Below, in pieces: positions 36,660 through 46,223 of a stretch of DNA of 64,000 nt (positions within the stretch are counted from its first letter, which is position 1; every line of letters begins with the position of its first letter). The position numbers and the translations under genes are program-made. Origin of the DNA: Methanobacteriota archaeon (GTDB taxonomy: Archaea; Thermoplasmatota; Poseidoniia; Poseidoniales; Thalassarchaeaceae). The notes below the pieces were generated by a model that ran no database searches, was not told where the DNA came from, and saw nothing but the letters and a program-made list of their open reading frames with translations. The stretch lies in the NCBI GenBank assembly GCA_002708695.1, contig PAOZ01000011.1:145-64144 (forward strand), written 5' to 3'.

Positions 36660-38123
36660 TGAAAAAATATTTGAAATCTTTGTAGCCAATATTTCTGCTT
36701 TCTGAGGATGCAATAATCTCGTCTTTTCAGTGATCCAATTTATTGACGAATTCATTGTATCCCTCATTATATGTCCTCCATCAAATGGTATCACTGGGAT
36801 TAAATTAGCAAAACCTAGAGCGAAATTAATCCATAAAAACCAGAAAATACCTTCTATTAGAAAGAATTCAAGCATCCCGAAATCTAACATATTTGCCTCT
36901 CCTTGGTCCATCATTCCTCCTTTTTCGAATGGTTTAGCCACTAAATCTAGTGGATAAATTAAGGCAGAAAAAATACGTTCTTCGGTTGTTAATCCAGGAT
37001 AGAACGGCCCCATCAAATTGTTTTTTCCATAATCAGTGTTTCGAATAGCTGGTCCAAATGAATCTGATGAAACACCTAAGAATGCATGACCTGGAAAAAT
37101 TCCATTTCGTTCTAATTCTTCATCAGAGATATTTTGTGAACGCAAGTATTCAAAATAATCTCCCAGAGTTACTTGAATAATTTCTTCTTCTTCCCATTCT
37201 ACTCCATTGGTTCCATTATATTTCAGAATTGTAAGTACTAGTATATCACCCGCCTTTGAAGAATTCAACATATTTCGTAAATCCTCGCTACTTGAGATTG
37301 ATTGATTGTTCCCAGCAATGACGATGTCATAGGGCTCTAATCCTGATTCATATGCTGGCCCGTCTTTTACAATCGCTGGGCTATATGCTCCTTCTATACT
37401 AGAATGTACTCCACTCATTCCAACTGCTAAAATAATCACTAGAATAGTAGCGAAAACAAGGTTAACTGCTGGGCCTGCTGCATAAATTCTCATCCTCTCC
37501 CGCTTTGGTGCCTTGATAAGTTCCCTATATTCTGGTTCAGCAAAAGCCCCTATTGGAATCAGAGAGAAAATTAGTAATCCAAAACTCTTGACTCTCATTC
37601 CATGTGCTCTCATTAATATTCCATGTCCATATTCGTGAACAACTAAAGCTACAATCAATGCAATTAATGGCCAGAAAAATGGTATTCCAGTCGTATAACC
37701 TGGGATTATCAATACTTCTGATGCTGCAAATGAAATTGATTCTCGGCTTGAACTGAATAATTGAGTGAATAGACTGATTACCAATAAAGTTGTGAAAAAG
37801 AGAGTGATCATTGCAATCCAAATTGAAATTTCACCAAATATTCTCCAAAATTTTCGTGGCCTAGAAACCATTTCCAAGAATGTTTGTCCCTTGTTTGTTC
37901 TCAGCATCAGAATAACTGCTAGAACTTTTGTTGCATTCCATTTTTCTAAGTAATTCCGTTCTTGAAGTATTCTTAATACAATGTAATTTAGTAAAATAAG
38001 GCCTAGAATTGTACTGCCGGAAGCAATAGCAATTGCTGAAATTAATAGTAAAGCCCAATCTCTAATTGACAAGGTCATGATGACTGAGAAAATCTTGTCA
38101 AAAAAATCCATCATCAAGCGCAT
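36606..38123 (-). CDS. Site-2 protease family (M50) intramembrane zinc metalloprotease with PDZ-like domain
   Basis: HEYGHGILM (HExxH) in a TM helix, a PDZ-like AIVKDGPAYESGLEPYDIVIA, and C-terminal NLIPVIPFDGGH (the second metal-ligand motif). Confidence 0.85.
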   Translation of the reverse strand: MRLMMDFFDKIFSVIMTLSIRDWALLLISAIAIASGSTILGLILLNYIVLRILQERNYLEKWNATKVLAVILMLRTNKGQTFLEMVSRPRKFWRIFGEISIWIAMITLFFTTLLVISLFTQLFSSSRESISFAASEVLIIPGYTTGIPFFWPLIALIVALVVHEYGHGILMRAHGMRVKSFGLLIFSLIPIGAFAEPEYRELIKAPKRERMRIYAAGPAVNLVFATILVIILAVGMSGVHSSIEGAYSPAIVKDGPAYESGLEPYDIVIAGNNQSISSSEDLRNMLNSSKAGDILVLTILKYNGTNGVEWEEEEIIQVTLGDYFEYLRSQNISDEELERNGIFPGHAFLGVSSDSFGPAIRNTDYGKNNLMGPFYPGLTTEERIFSALIYPLDLVAKPFEKGGMMDQGEANMLDFGMLEFFLIEGIFWFLWINFALGFANLIPVIPFDGGHIMRDTMNSSINWITEKTRLLHPQKAEILATKISNIFSLFFFLAFLIPVVFGLLN

Positions 38124-38220
38124 ACCAGTAATCCCTGATGTTTCCTATCTTCTACGGCATTTGAATCCTCCATTGTTTTGTTACCGCTGGTTTCTTCATG
38201 TCTTCTTCAGTCGGTAAGGC

Positions 38221-38415
38221 ATGGAAGACGGAGAATCAACCCCGCCTTCGTTTCGAAGAAAAATAGATTCTATGGTTCGAGATATCGATTCTATAGTTCG
38301 TTTGCTTAAACAAGCCTCATTTGAACAAGTTCAAATGGATGTTATTGAAATTGAGAATAGAATGAATGTTATGGAAGAACAATTAGTTTCGCCTTCAGTT
38401 TCCCTTAACGAATGA
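38221..38415 (+). CDS. Small hypothetical protein (64 aa)
   Basis: ORF only. Contains an internal near-repeat IDSMVRDIDSIVR and a helical C-terminal half. Its 3' end overlaps the hjc 3' end by about 11 nt. No homology recognised. Confidence 0.3.
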   Translation: MEDGESTPPSFRRKIDSMVRDIDSIVRLLKQASFEQVQMDVIEIENRMNVMEEQLVSPSVSLNE

Positions 38416-39034
38416 ACCCCTTCATCCAAGAAGGAGTTTTTGTTTCATTAATTTCTATTTCTGATTCAATAATTGTTCGATCTTGAATAGTTTCGAATGT
38501 CTGGCTTGGTTTCTCTGTTTCTCTACAAACTAAAGCTAGAAATTTATGAAGAGGCAATCCTTTGTCCCAAATTAAATGTGGTTTACCATTTTTTGTTAGA
38601 GGGCATGTAGGGATTCTTCTAGCCAAAATTGACAATCTACCTTCTAATTCACCGGCATCAATTCGGAAAATCCTCCATGAGTCTCCTCTGATTCCTTTAA
38701 GTCGGTATGCGTATAATGGCATTAATCCACATTTCTTCCCAATATTTTCTAGTGCTAAATACTGTTCAGATAATCTTCCATTCAAATACAGTTTCTTTTC
38801 CTTACTTGTTTTGACCTCAATCGGAAAACATATGTCGCCTCTTAATGCAAGTAAATCACCACTGCCTTCAATTCCACTTCCAGCAGCTCTAACGACTAAA
38901 AATGGCTTTTCAATGACAAGTCGAGCTTGAGCTCTTTCAGATTCAGAACATGAACGAGTAACTGCTCGAACACCTTCTGGAAGACCTGCTAGTACATGGC
39001 GGAGTTCTCTTTCGTATTGAGCCCCCTGTACCAT
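38405..39034 (-). CDS. hjc: Holliday junction resolvase Hjc with about 80-aa C-terminal extension
   Basis: With the ATG at 39034: MVQGAQYERELRHVLAG...VVRAAGSG...GDLLALRGDICFPIEVKTS matches the Hjc E...D...E-x-K nuclease core. Canonical Hjc is about 130-140 aa as I recall; this one is about 209 aa. The track ORF begins at a TTG (39055). Confidence 0.75.
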   Translation of the reverse strand: MVQGAQYERELRHVLAGLPEGVRAVTRSCSESERAQARLVIEKPFLVVRAAGSGIEGSGDLLALRGDICFPIEVKTSKEKKLYLNGRLSEQYLALENIGKKCGLMPLYAYRLKGIRGDSWRIFRIDAGELEGRLSILARRIPTCPLTKNGKPHLIWDKGLPLHKFLALVCRETEKPSQTFETIQDRTIIESEIEINETKTPSWMKGFIR

Positions 39035-39174
39035 ATACAGCGGGAGAGGTATCAAATCTAATCTCTTTGGTGGAATATTGGATTTTCGTGGTTGTTTTTC
39101 AACTTAAGAAATCATGCCATGTCTGGTTTTTTGACCCTGACATTGAAAACCCTCGGATGTCCACTTAGTACTAC

Positions 39175-39945
39175 TTGGGTTACATTGCTGTTCGGACAGG
39201 TGATTTCCGCCTAGCTTACAGATTGTTGTTGGAATTTAAAAAACGGAAAATCCGTTGTATTCAACTTCTTCCTTCCAATCCGGTACCATCTAATGTAGCA
39301 GCATGGATAGGTTCTCCATCTGAGGTATTGTTGAGTGGTGACTCTCTTGGGATTCCAGCAACATTAGATACGTTTCAGCATTCTGTAGAACAAGCAGTAC
39401 ATCGTATTCGATGTATAGGTCCAATTCGTCTTCTTGTATTTGGGGTAGATCCTGGTCCAAGGCCTGGAATTGCATGGGTAGGGGATGGATTGACTATAGG
39501 AAAAGCGCAACTTGAATGTGTAGATGATACTGTAGATAGTATAATGCGTATTTCACAAGCCATCGAACATGAATCACTAATTATTCGTGTTGGGAATGGT
39601 TCTAAGACAATAGCAAATAGAATCATCAATACTTGTGTAGTACGTGGTTTATTGGTTCAGAAGGTAAATGAAGAAAGAACTTCAGTTGGAGTGCCTCGAC
39701 ATGCACATTCTTCTGCAGCAATAAGAATTGCTCATCTTCAAGGTAATCCGATTAAACAAAAACAAAGAGTTCGCCCAACTAATGGCGAAATTCGTGATAT
39801 TCAGCGAAGAAGTCGAAGACACTCTCTTGGCAGAACTACTATTCCATCTACTCTAGCAAGAGCAGTTGCTATGGGCAGATTAACATTAGACGATGCAATT
39901 AGATGCCATATTGGAGATTATAATGATTCAATTGGAAATATCTGA
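39175..39945 (+). CDS. Conserved-looking hypothetical protein with possible RNase H-like (RuvC/YqgF-type) core
   Basis: 256 aa with a TTG start per the ORF track. LLVFGVDPGPRPGIAWVGDG resembles the first beta-hairpin/Asp of RuvC-YqgF-fold nucleases. Basic C-terminal region. Divergent from hjc. Weak call. Confidence 0.5.
   Translation: MGYIAVRTGDFRLAYRLLLEFKKRKIRCIQLLPSNPVPSNVAAWIGSPSEVLLSGDSLGIPATLDTFQHSVEQAVHRIRCIGPIRLLVFGVDPGPRPGIAWVGDGLTIGKAQLECVDDTVDSIMRISQAIEHESLIIRVGNGSKTIANRIINTCVVRGLLVQKVNEERTSVGVPRHAHSSAAIRIAHLQGNPIKQKQRVRPTNGEIRDIQRRSRRHSLGRTTIPSTLARAVAMGRLTLDDAIRCHIGDYNDSIGNI
39927..39942. repeat. Third exact copy of 16-mer TTCAATTGGAAATATC
   Basis: Identical to 524-539 and 747-762. 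Here it forms the last codons (DSIGNI) of the CDS at 39175-39945, about 25 nt from the convergent macro-domain gene stop. Confidence 0.4.
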
Positions 39946-39968
39946 GTAGTTTTCTTAGTGAAAGATAA

Positions 39969-40607
39969 TTACTGAATTAGTCCACGTCTGAAAGCACGAG
40001 TTAAATCTGAACCTGGAAATTGATCTTCAGTTTCCCTGTATACTGTTTTCATATTGTTAATGAAATTAGAATTATCAGTTACCAGTAGTAATCTTTCTAC
40101 ACCAGGATCTTCTTCTCCATCTAGAATCCCAAGAAGGATTTCCATCGTTTTTCTTGCACCTTCGCGGTGAGGATATGAAAAGACATCCATTGAGATTGGG
40201 GCTAAAGCAACAACCCCACGGATATTACTAGAAGCAATTTGCTCAAACATTGAATTGTATGCCTTTTCCAAAAGTTCCCTGCGATTGAGATCTTGATTTG
40301 GTCTGCGACAGTCAGGTCCTACGACATGAATAAGGTGTTCAACTGGAAGATTAAATGGAGATGTAGATACCGCCGATCCAACTGTGCAAGGTTGTAAATT
40401 CAATGCTCTCTGCCCTCGAGCAATTTGGGCACATGCTTCTCGAAGTTCTTCTCCTGCAGCTTTGTGAATTTTAGCATCTATTCCTTCTCTTCCTGAGAGT
40501 CTATTATTGGCACCTGTGACTAAAATGTCACATTCAGTTTTCAGTACATCTCCAATTAAAATACGTAGTTGCGCATGCTTGCAATCACGTACAATCAGCG
40601 TGTCCAT
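39969..40607 (-). CDS. Macro domain protein (ADP-ribose / O-acetyl-ADP-ribose binding or hydrolase)
   Basis: DILVTGANNRLSGREGIDAKIHKAAGEELREAC and HVVGP are typical macro-domain motifs. Confidence 0.85.
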   Translation of the reverse strand: MDTLIVRDCKHAQLRILIGDVLKTECDILVTGANNRLSGREGIDAKIHKAAGEELREACAQIARGQRALNLQPCTVGSAVSTSPFNLPVEHLIHVVGPDCRRPNQDLNRRELLEKAYNSMFEQIASSNIRGVVALAPISMDVFSYPHREGARKTMEILLGILDGEEDPGVERLLLVTDNSNFINNMKTVYRETEDQFPGSDLTRAFRRGLIQ

Positions 40608-40709
40608 AATTGCGATGCGATAAGGCGATTTGTTATAGTCGTTTCATTGAAAATAACATTTTTCACTTTTGTGTCCGATTCATTCAACACTAATGAAACC
40701 CTCCTAGAT

Positions 40710-43700
40710 ATGATGCGAGGGACGCAAGTCACCCTGTTTCTTCTGATGTTAATCAGCGCACCTTGGTCAACAATATATAGTGAGGATACGATATATCAAC
40801 CTGTAAGTTATCCTAATTATTCAGATTTTGTAAATGATGAAACAATTGCGGTTCCAATGGGATTTCATCATTCTACTTATGTAAATTATAGTGATGTAGC
40901 AATAATCATCAACAATCGTAGTAGTGATAGTGTATTAATTGGTAATGCCTTTGCTTCTGCTCGAGGAATTCCTCCAGAAAGAATTTTTCTTTTAACCAAT
41001 GAAAGCACTCCTACTGGTGAAACAATTAATGCCAATCAGTTTGACACATATTTTGCAGATCCAATTCGAGATATGATTCAACAAAGAGGATTATTTGGAG
41101 ATTTAAATTATTTAGTTACAACAAAGGGAGTTCCATTACGAGTGAATGGTGGGACAAATGTTCGTGCATCATTTGATTCTGAAATCGCTTTAATTGACTC
41201 GGGACAATATGGATCATTAATTCATGCAAATTATTGGGGAGAACATGGATATGGACCATGGTCAAATGATAATGGTAATCAATATTCATCTTTTTCTTCT
41301 GAACCTGTTCCTGAATTTCGTCGTTCAGAACAGGGATTTTACATAGTTACTCGATTAACTGGTTACGACGCCGAAACTGCAATATCACTAATTGAAAAAG
41401 CGAACAATAGTTTTGGTTCATCTGGACAAACGGTTTTAGATTTAGCAACAAATCGAAATGGTTCAGGATACAAATTTTGGAATGATGCCCTATATTCTGC
41501 ATATGGGTCTCTAAATGAAACTCTAGGAATGCCGGTATTGTTTAACCAAAATTCAACTTTTGTAACTGGAGAAAATAATGTGATGATGTATGCATCTTGG
41601 GGTAGTAATGATGGTTCTTGGAGTGAACAGCAACTATCAGACAATGGTTTTGAGACACCTGACGGGTCATCCTCTTCAGGAATTCGTTCTTGGTCATCAT
41701 CTACTTCTTCTGTCTCCACAGGAGAGACGTTGGAATGGGGCTACGGGTCTCCATCTTCATCAAATGCAGCAGCTAGATTAAGCGTAGATTCGGCACAATG
41801 TTCTGCGACTAATGGAGAGAATACTAATGGATTACTTGCTGAATATTTTGATAATCAAGGAGTTTCTTACAATTCATCATTTATGCCGAATTTGAGTGGA
41901 AGAGAACCAAATCATATTCGTTCAGAATTGAATATTAATCATGCGGCATCTAATTCATTTTGGTCTGGATTAGATTCCAGATTTTCAGATTATTTTTCTG
42001 TTAGGCATTCTGGAGTATTAACTATCCCAGAGTCAGGAAATTGGACATTTTATTCTAATTCAGATGATGGTGTATTAATTTGGATTAATGATGTATTAGT
42101 AGTGAATAATTCCGGAGTTCATGGAATGAGAGAGGTAAGTGGAACGATAGAGTTAGAACAAGGTGAACATGTTTTCAGATCTGAATTTTTTGAACATGGG
42201 GGCTGGGCAGGCCATATTATATCATGGGAAGGTCCAAATCAAAGTAAACAAGTAATTCCTTCTTCTGCATTTACTAGAGCATTGAGTTCTCCAGTTCGAA
42301 GTGATATATTGGTTCATCATTGGGATTTTGAAGCAGGAAATGGAACAATAGTAGAGGATTTAGTTGGAGAAGATAATCTAACGATGACTGGTAATCCAAA
42401 TTGGCAACCCTGTTTACTTGGAAATTGTATTTCATTAGATGGAATCGATGACGTTTTAGAAGCAGATGTTGATGATAGGTTGGGTGATTTCACAGTCTCT
42501 CTATGGGCAAAAGCAAATCATACTGGACAGAGTAGATATTCATCTGTAATTGCTGTAAATGATGTTGGTGGAGATTCTGATTCTTTTCAAATTATGACAA
42601 GTGGTTCAACTCCAGGAGTGTGGCAACTGTACCATAATCGAACTTATGATTTTGGGCCCGTTAGTGCATCAGAGTGGGCACATTTTGTAGTTGCAAAAGA
42701 TGGTAATCAATTGATGCAATATATGGATGGAAGATTAGTTGGAAATATTACAATTCCAAATGGCAGCATTGATGAAATTGATTTATACAAATTTGGGGTA
42801 AATCGAGCAGGAAATACCTATTGGTCTGGATTGATCGATGAGGTTCAAGTTTGGACTGAAGCACTAAATTCAACAGAAATTTCTTTGGTGAATGGAGAAG
42901 TTGCCTTAGATTGCCCGTATTTTTCAGCTAGCGGACAGGGGTCAAGTACAATTTGGCAAGAATACCAATTCGATATAGAGAATATGGGACATGCATGGAC
43001 ATTATCTTCTCAAGCTATGTTAGTTGGAGAAGTAAATGCTGAATGGAGAATGAAAGTCGAAGGTCTTGATTCAAGCAACAATCTTCTTTCTACCAATTTT
43101 TCAAATTCTAATATAATCACGACATCATGGGGTAATAGCGAATTTAGATTTCGTCCACATCAAAATGCCACCAAATTGAACATTTCTTTAGAGATTGAAA
43201 TTCAGAATATTACGCGACAGGGGTTCGTTTATCTTGATTCTGTTGAACTAATGAATTTACGCCCACACATGCAATGGATAGATGGTTCAATAGCTGAAAC
43301 CGCAGTATCTACAGGAGGTCGTTCATTTACATGGGGGACGAATTATGGTCAAAGTTTAGTTGCAGATCTCCTTGAAGATGGTGTTTCAGGAGTCAAAGGA
43401 TACGTTTACGAACCATATCTCACTGCAGTCTCATATCCTGATTTACTTACTGTATTTTATGCATCAGGATATAATCTAGGTGAGTCATATACTGCATCAA
43501 ATGGATATTTATCTTGGATGGGTGTTATTGTTGGAGATCCTAAAATGTCACCATTTTCAAATCGTTTACACGATATAGAGATTAGAAACGTATCTGTAGC
43601 ATCTAGGCCATCAGTTGGAACTCCATTTGATGTTCAAATAGAATTAGCAAATATTGGCCCATCTTCTGCAAATGGATGGATAGAGGTAAGGGAAAGGGTA

Positions 43701-45827
43701 GGCAACAGAGTCTTGACTAACATTAGTATTTCAATTCCGAGTGGGGATCAATCAGGTTCAATTGCTGAAATTAGTGTTCCTGCAGTTACTAATTCGACCG
43801 GCTTTATTGAATTACAAGTCAGATATATTGCAGATAATGGACCTAGACAAAATTCAACGACTTTTATCCAAAGTTATGTTCTTAGTGAAAGAGTAATTAG
43901 TAATAATTTAGGTTCTACAATTGTAGAGGTAAATGGCCCACCTTCAATTGATTCTATTGATTGCTCATCATCTATTGCTCCTAGGGGAACAACAGTTTCT
44001 TGTTGGTTAGATGCGAGTGATGAATTTGGAATACAATCAGCATTTTTCCGAATCAATGGAACTAATGAATCCTTAATTTTCGAAGGTAATGCTACTTCTG
44101 GCAATGGAATCCGTTGGACTGTTTTCTTTGATATCCCAGGGACTGCCTATTTGGGACTTCATGATTTATTTGTGACAATTACGGATATAGATGGACTTAC
44201 AGATAATGCAAACGTGTTCGAGATTCTTGAGGTAATTGATTCTCCATCAATTTGGTATGGTATTCATGTTCATGATGCTGATGATCCATCATGGACTGGA
44301 GATAGTAATCTGCCCTCTGGCACTCCTTTTGGGATGTATCGGGGTGTCCCAACACATGTCAGGGCATGCGTAGAAGATGTAGATCATAACCCAATTACTG
44401 AGGCACCATCATTCTTGTTTGAAAGGGGAGAATTATCTTCTTTACAGATACTTCCTAAGGAGAATTCATCTCGATTCCAATGTTATCAAGCAACTTTAGA
44501 ACTTGGTTTAGATGAGCCGCTTTCTCCATTTTTAGCCCGCTTATCAGATAGTGAAGGAAATATACTTACTACACGTTCAATATTAGTAGAGAATATACTC
44601 CCTTCTATACAAGCTACATTTCAACGTGAAGAAAATGAATCTTTGATTGGTTTTGGTGTTGGAAATGAATCAATATTAGTATCTGTTAATGACCCCGATT
44701 CTCCCACTTCTTCTATTGTTGGTCAAATAGAATATACTTGGCCAGAACAGGCTCCAATCACTACACCATTCACTATTTTTGGAAACGGTTCAATGGAAAG
44801 AATACCCTTACTTCCTCCTAGTTCTGGTTTATCACAAGGTAATCTTGTAATTCGAATTTATGCTATAGATTCAGATGCAGGATTTTCAGAGATTCAAATT
44901 ATAGTTCCAATTGAAACTCGTCCACCTTCCGTTAAGGAAGCAGTATTATGTTTGAATGGAGTCATTGTTCCTTTAGAAAATGGAACTGAATTAGTGAAGG
45001 GAGAATCAATGTTACTTGTTGTTCCTATAGATGAACATAGGCCAATTTTACAGGTATTACCGTCACTTCGCCAATCAGGTTGGAGTGAATCCCTATTGCC
45101 TTCTTCATCAATTCCAGAAGGATGTCCAATTTCACCTTATATCTATTTGATTGATATCCCAACTGATTTAATTGAAGGCAATGCAACTATTGTGCTTATT
45201 CTATCAGATATTGACGGATTAGCGACTGGTTGGACACAGGAAGTAAGCATTGTTTTCCCCCCTCCTTCAATACTAAATGTTAGTTTACCCAACGAAGGTA
45301 AGGTAGGTGAAGAAATGTTGATCCAATTCAAAGTTAGAGATGCAGATGATTTGAATAATGTTGTATGTTTAATTGACGTTTTGTCTGACAATATTACTTT
45401 ATTACATTTGGAAAGAACCCCTAGTTTACAGGGCGAAATTTCTGTAAAATGGGTCCCTAGTCGTCCAATTGTAGACGTCAACATTTCGATTATTTGTGAA
45501 GATGGAATGAAAAGATTTGACTCATGGGATTCTGAAAATCCAATAAATATCACAGGTATTATTGTAGATGATTTGCCTGAAATTAATGAAGAAATAGAGG
45601 TAGAAAAACCATCGAAAAATAGCATTTTACCAGTTATTATTGGCTTGATTTCATTATTGTTACTTATTTCATCATTCTTTGTTTGGCTTACTCGAAGAGA
45701 TGAAGATGTGATATTATCTCCTTGGGAAATTGGGGGGGAACTTCAAGAAGATCAAATAGAATTGAAAGAGGTGGAATTAGATCCAAAGGATGTAGTTGAT
45801 TTGTTACAATCTGATAATACAGAATAG
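40710..45827 (+). CDS. Giant secreted, C-terminally anchored surface protein with PA14 and LamG domains
   Basis: Signal peptide MMRGTQVTLFLLMLISAPWS from the ATG at 40710 (the track ORF starts at 40569). PA14: GLLAEYFDNQG...FSVRHSGVLTIPESGNWTFYSNSDDGVLIWINDVLVV. LamG/ConA-like: HHWDFEAGNG...DFTVSLWAKAN...GLIDEVQVWTEALNSTEI. CARDB-like units follow, then a C-terminal TM (ILPVIIGLISLLLLISSFFVWL). Confidence 0.85.
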   Translation: MMRGTQVTLFLLMLISAPWSTIYSEDTIYQPVSYPNYSDFVNDETIAVPMGFHHSTYVNYSDVAIIINNRSSDSVLIGNAFASARGIPPERIFLLTNESTPTGETINANQFDTYFADPIRDMIQQRGLFGDLNYLVTTKGVPLRVNGGTNVRASFDSEIALIDSGQYGSLIHANYWGEHGYGPWSNDNGNQYSSFSSEPVPEFRRSEQGFYIVTRLTGYDAETAISLIEKANNSFGSSGQTVLDLATNRNGSGYKFWNDALYSAYGSLNETLGMPVLFNQNSTFVTGENNVMMYASWGSNDGSWSEQQLSDNGFETPDGSSSSGIRSWSSSTSSVSTGETLEWGYGSPSSSNAAARLSVDSAQCSATNGENTNGLLAEYFDNQGVSYNSSFMPNLSGREPNHIRSELNINHAASNSFWSGLDSRFSDYFSVRHSGVLTIPESGNWTFYSNSDDGVLIWINDVLVVNNSGVHGMREVSGTIELEQGEHVFRSEFFEHGGWAGHIISWEGPNQSKQVIPSSAFTRALSSPVRSDILVHHWDFEAGNGTIVEDLVGEDNLTMTGNPNWQPCLLGNCISLDGIDDVLEADVDDRLGDFTVSLWAKANHTGQSRYSSVIAVNDVGGDSDSFQIMTSGSTPGVWQLYHNRTYDFGPVSASEWAHFVVAKDGNQLMQYMDGRLVGNITIPNGSIDEIDLYKFGVNRAGNTYWSGLIDEVQVWTEALNSTEISLVNGEVALDCPYFSASGQGSSTIWQEYQFDIENMGHAWTLSSQAMLVGEVNAEWRMKVEGLDSSNNLLSTNFSNSNIITTSWGNSEFRFRPHQNATKLNISLEIEIQNITRQGFVYLDSVELMNLRPHMQWIDGSIAETAVSTGGRSFTWGTNYGQSLVADLLEDGVSGVKGYVYEPYLTAVSYPDLLTVFYASGYNLGESYTASNGYLSWMGVIVGDPKMSPFSNRLHDIEIRNVSVASRPSVGTPFDVQIELANIGPSSANGWIEVRERVGNRVLTNISISIPSGDQSGSIAEISVPAVTNSTGFIELQVRYIADNGPRQNSTTFIQSYVLSERVISNNLGSTIVEVNGPPSIDSIDCSSSIAPRGTTVSCWLDASDEFGIQSAFFRINGTNESLIFEGNATSGNGIRWTVFFDIPGTAYLGLHDLFVTITDIDGLTDNANVFEILEVIDSPSIWYGIHVHDADDPSWTGDSNLPSGTPFGMYRGVPTHVRACVEDVDHNPITEAPSFLFERGELSSLQILPKENSSRFQCYQATLELGLDEPLSPFLARLSDSEGNILTTRSILVENILPSIQATFQREENESLIGFGVGNESILVSVNDPDSPTSSIVGQIEYTWPEQAPITTPFTIFGNGSMERIPLLPPSSGLSQGNLVIRIYAIDSDAGFSEIQIIVPIETRPPSVKEAVLCLNGVIVPLENGTELVKGESMLLVVPIDEHRPILQVLPSLRQSGWSESLLPSSSIPEGCPISPYIYLIDIPTDLIEGNATIVLILSDIDGLATGWTQEVSIVFPPPSILNVSLPNEGKVGEEMLIQFKVRDADDLNNVVCLIDVLSDNITLLHLERTPSLQGEISVKWVPSRPIVDVNISIICEDGMKRFDSWDSENPINITGIIVDDLPEINEEIEVEKPSKNSILPVIIGLISLLLLISSFFVWLTRRDEDVILSPWEIGGELQEDQIELKEVELDPKDVVDLLQSDNTE

Positions 45828-45863
45828 GGAAGGGTTCAATTCCGTAATAGTCTTGGGATTACT

Positions 45864-46097
45864 ATGGCAACGGGGTATGTACTCATCAATGTAGAACCAG
45901 GATACGAGTTCTCAGTTTATGAATCGATAAGCCAATTTAATCAAGTTGCAGATTCTACTTTGTTGTTTGGCGATTATGATTTGATTGCTAAAGTAGTTGC
46001 AAACGACATGGCATCTATTGCTCAGTTTGTAGTTGAAAATATTCGTCAAATTGAAGGAGTTCAAAATACGAAAACTCTTGCTGGAGCAGAAGTTTAA
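45864..46097 (+). CDS. Stand-alone Lrp/AsnC ligand-binding (RAM) domain protein
   Basis: 77 aa. YVLINVEPGYE...LFGDYDLIAKVVANDMASIAQFVVENIRQIEGVQNTKTL matches the AsnC_trans_reg domain without the HTH. A T5 run follows the stop. Confidence 0.8.
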   Translation: MATGYVLINVEPGYEFSVYESISQFNQVADSTLLFGDYDLIAKVVANDMASIAQFVVENIRQIEGVQNTKTLAGAEV

Positions 46098-46223
46098 GCT
46101 TTTTCGACGTACGTAACGGCACTCGGAAACAGTCAAAAAGTGCCTATTTTGGAGACGTATCACGTTTTACGGGAAAATATTCATAACCTAGGATTGAAGC
46201 AGCAAGGTTTGAGGTGAAACTCA

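Noticed and set aside
39174-39243. By hand count the TTG start of the 256-aa ORF seemed to fall at 39174. A run of A residues near 39237-39243 seemed one base too long, hinting at a slippery-site frameshift.
   Set aside because: The computed ORF track reads 39175-39945 as one uninterrupted frame, so my manual count is probably off by one. No frameshift is claimed. Inspect the raw bases to confirm.
46107-46150. ACGTACGT palindrome and a GGCACT...AGTGCC stem followed by TATTTT after the Lrp-like gene, considered as an RNA gene or riboswitch.
   Set aside because: Too short and weak (6-bp stem). More simply this is the terminator/promoter spacer between the RAM-domain gene and the MC1 gene.
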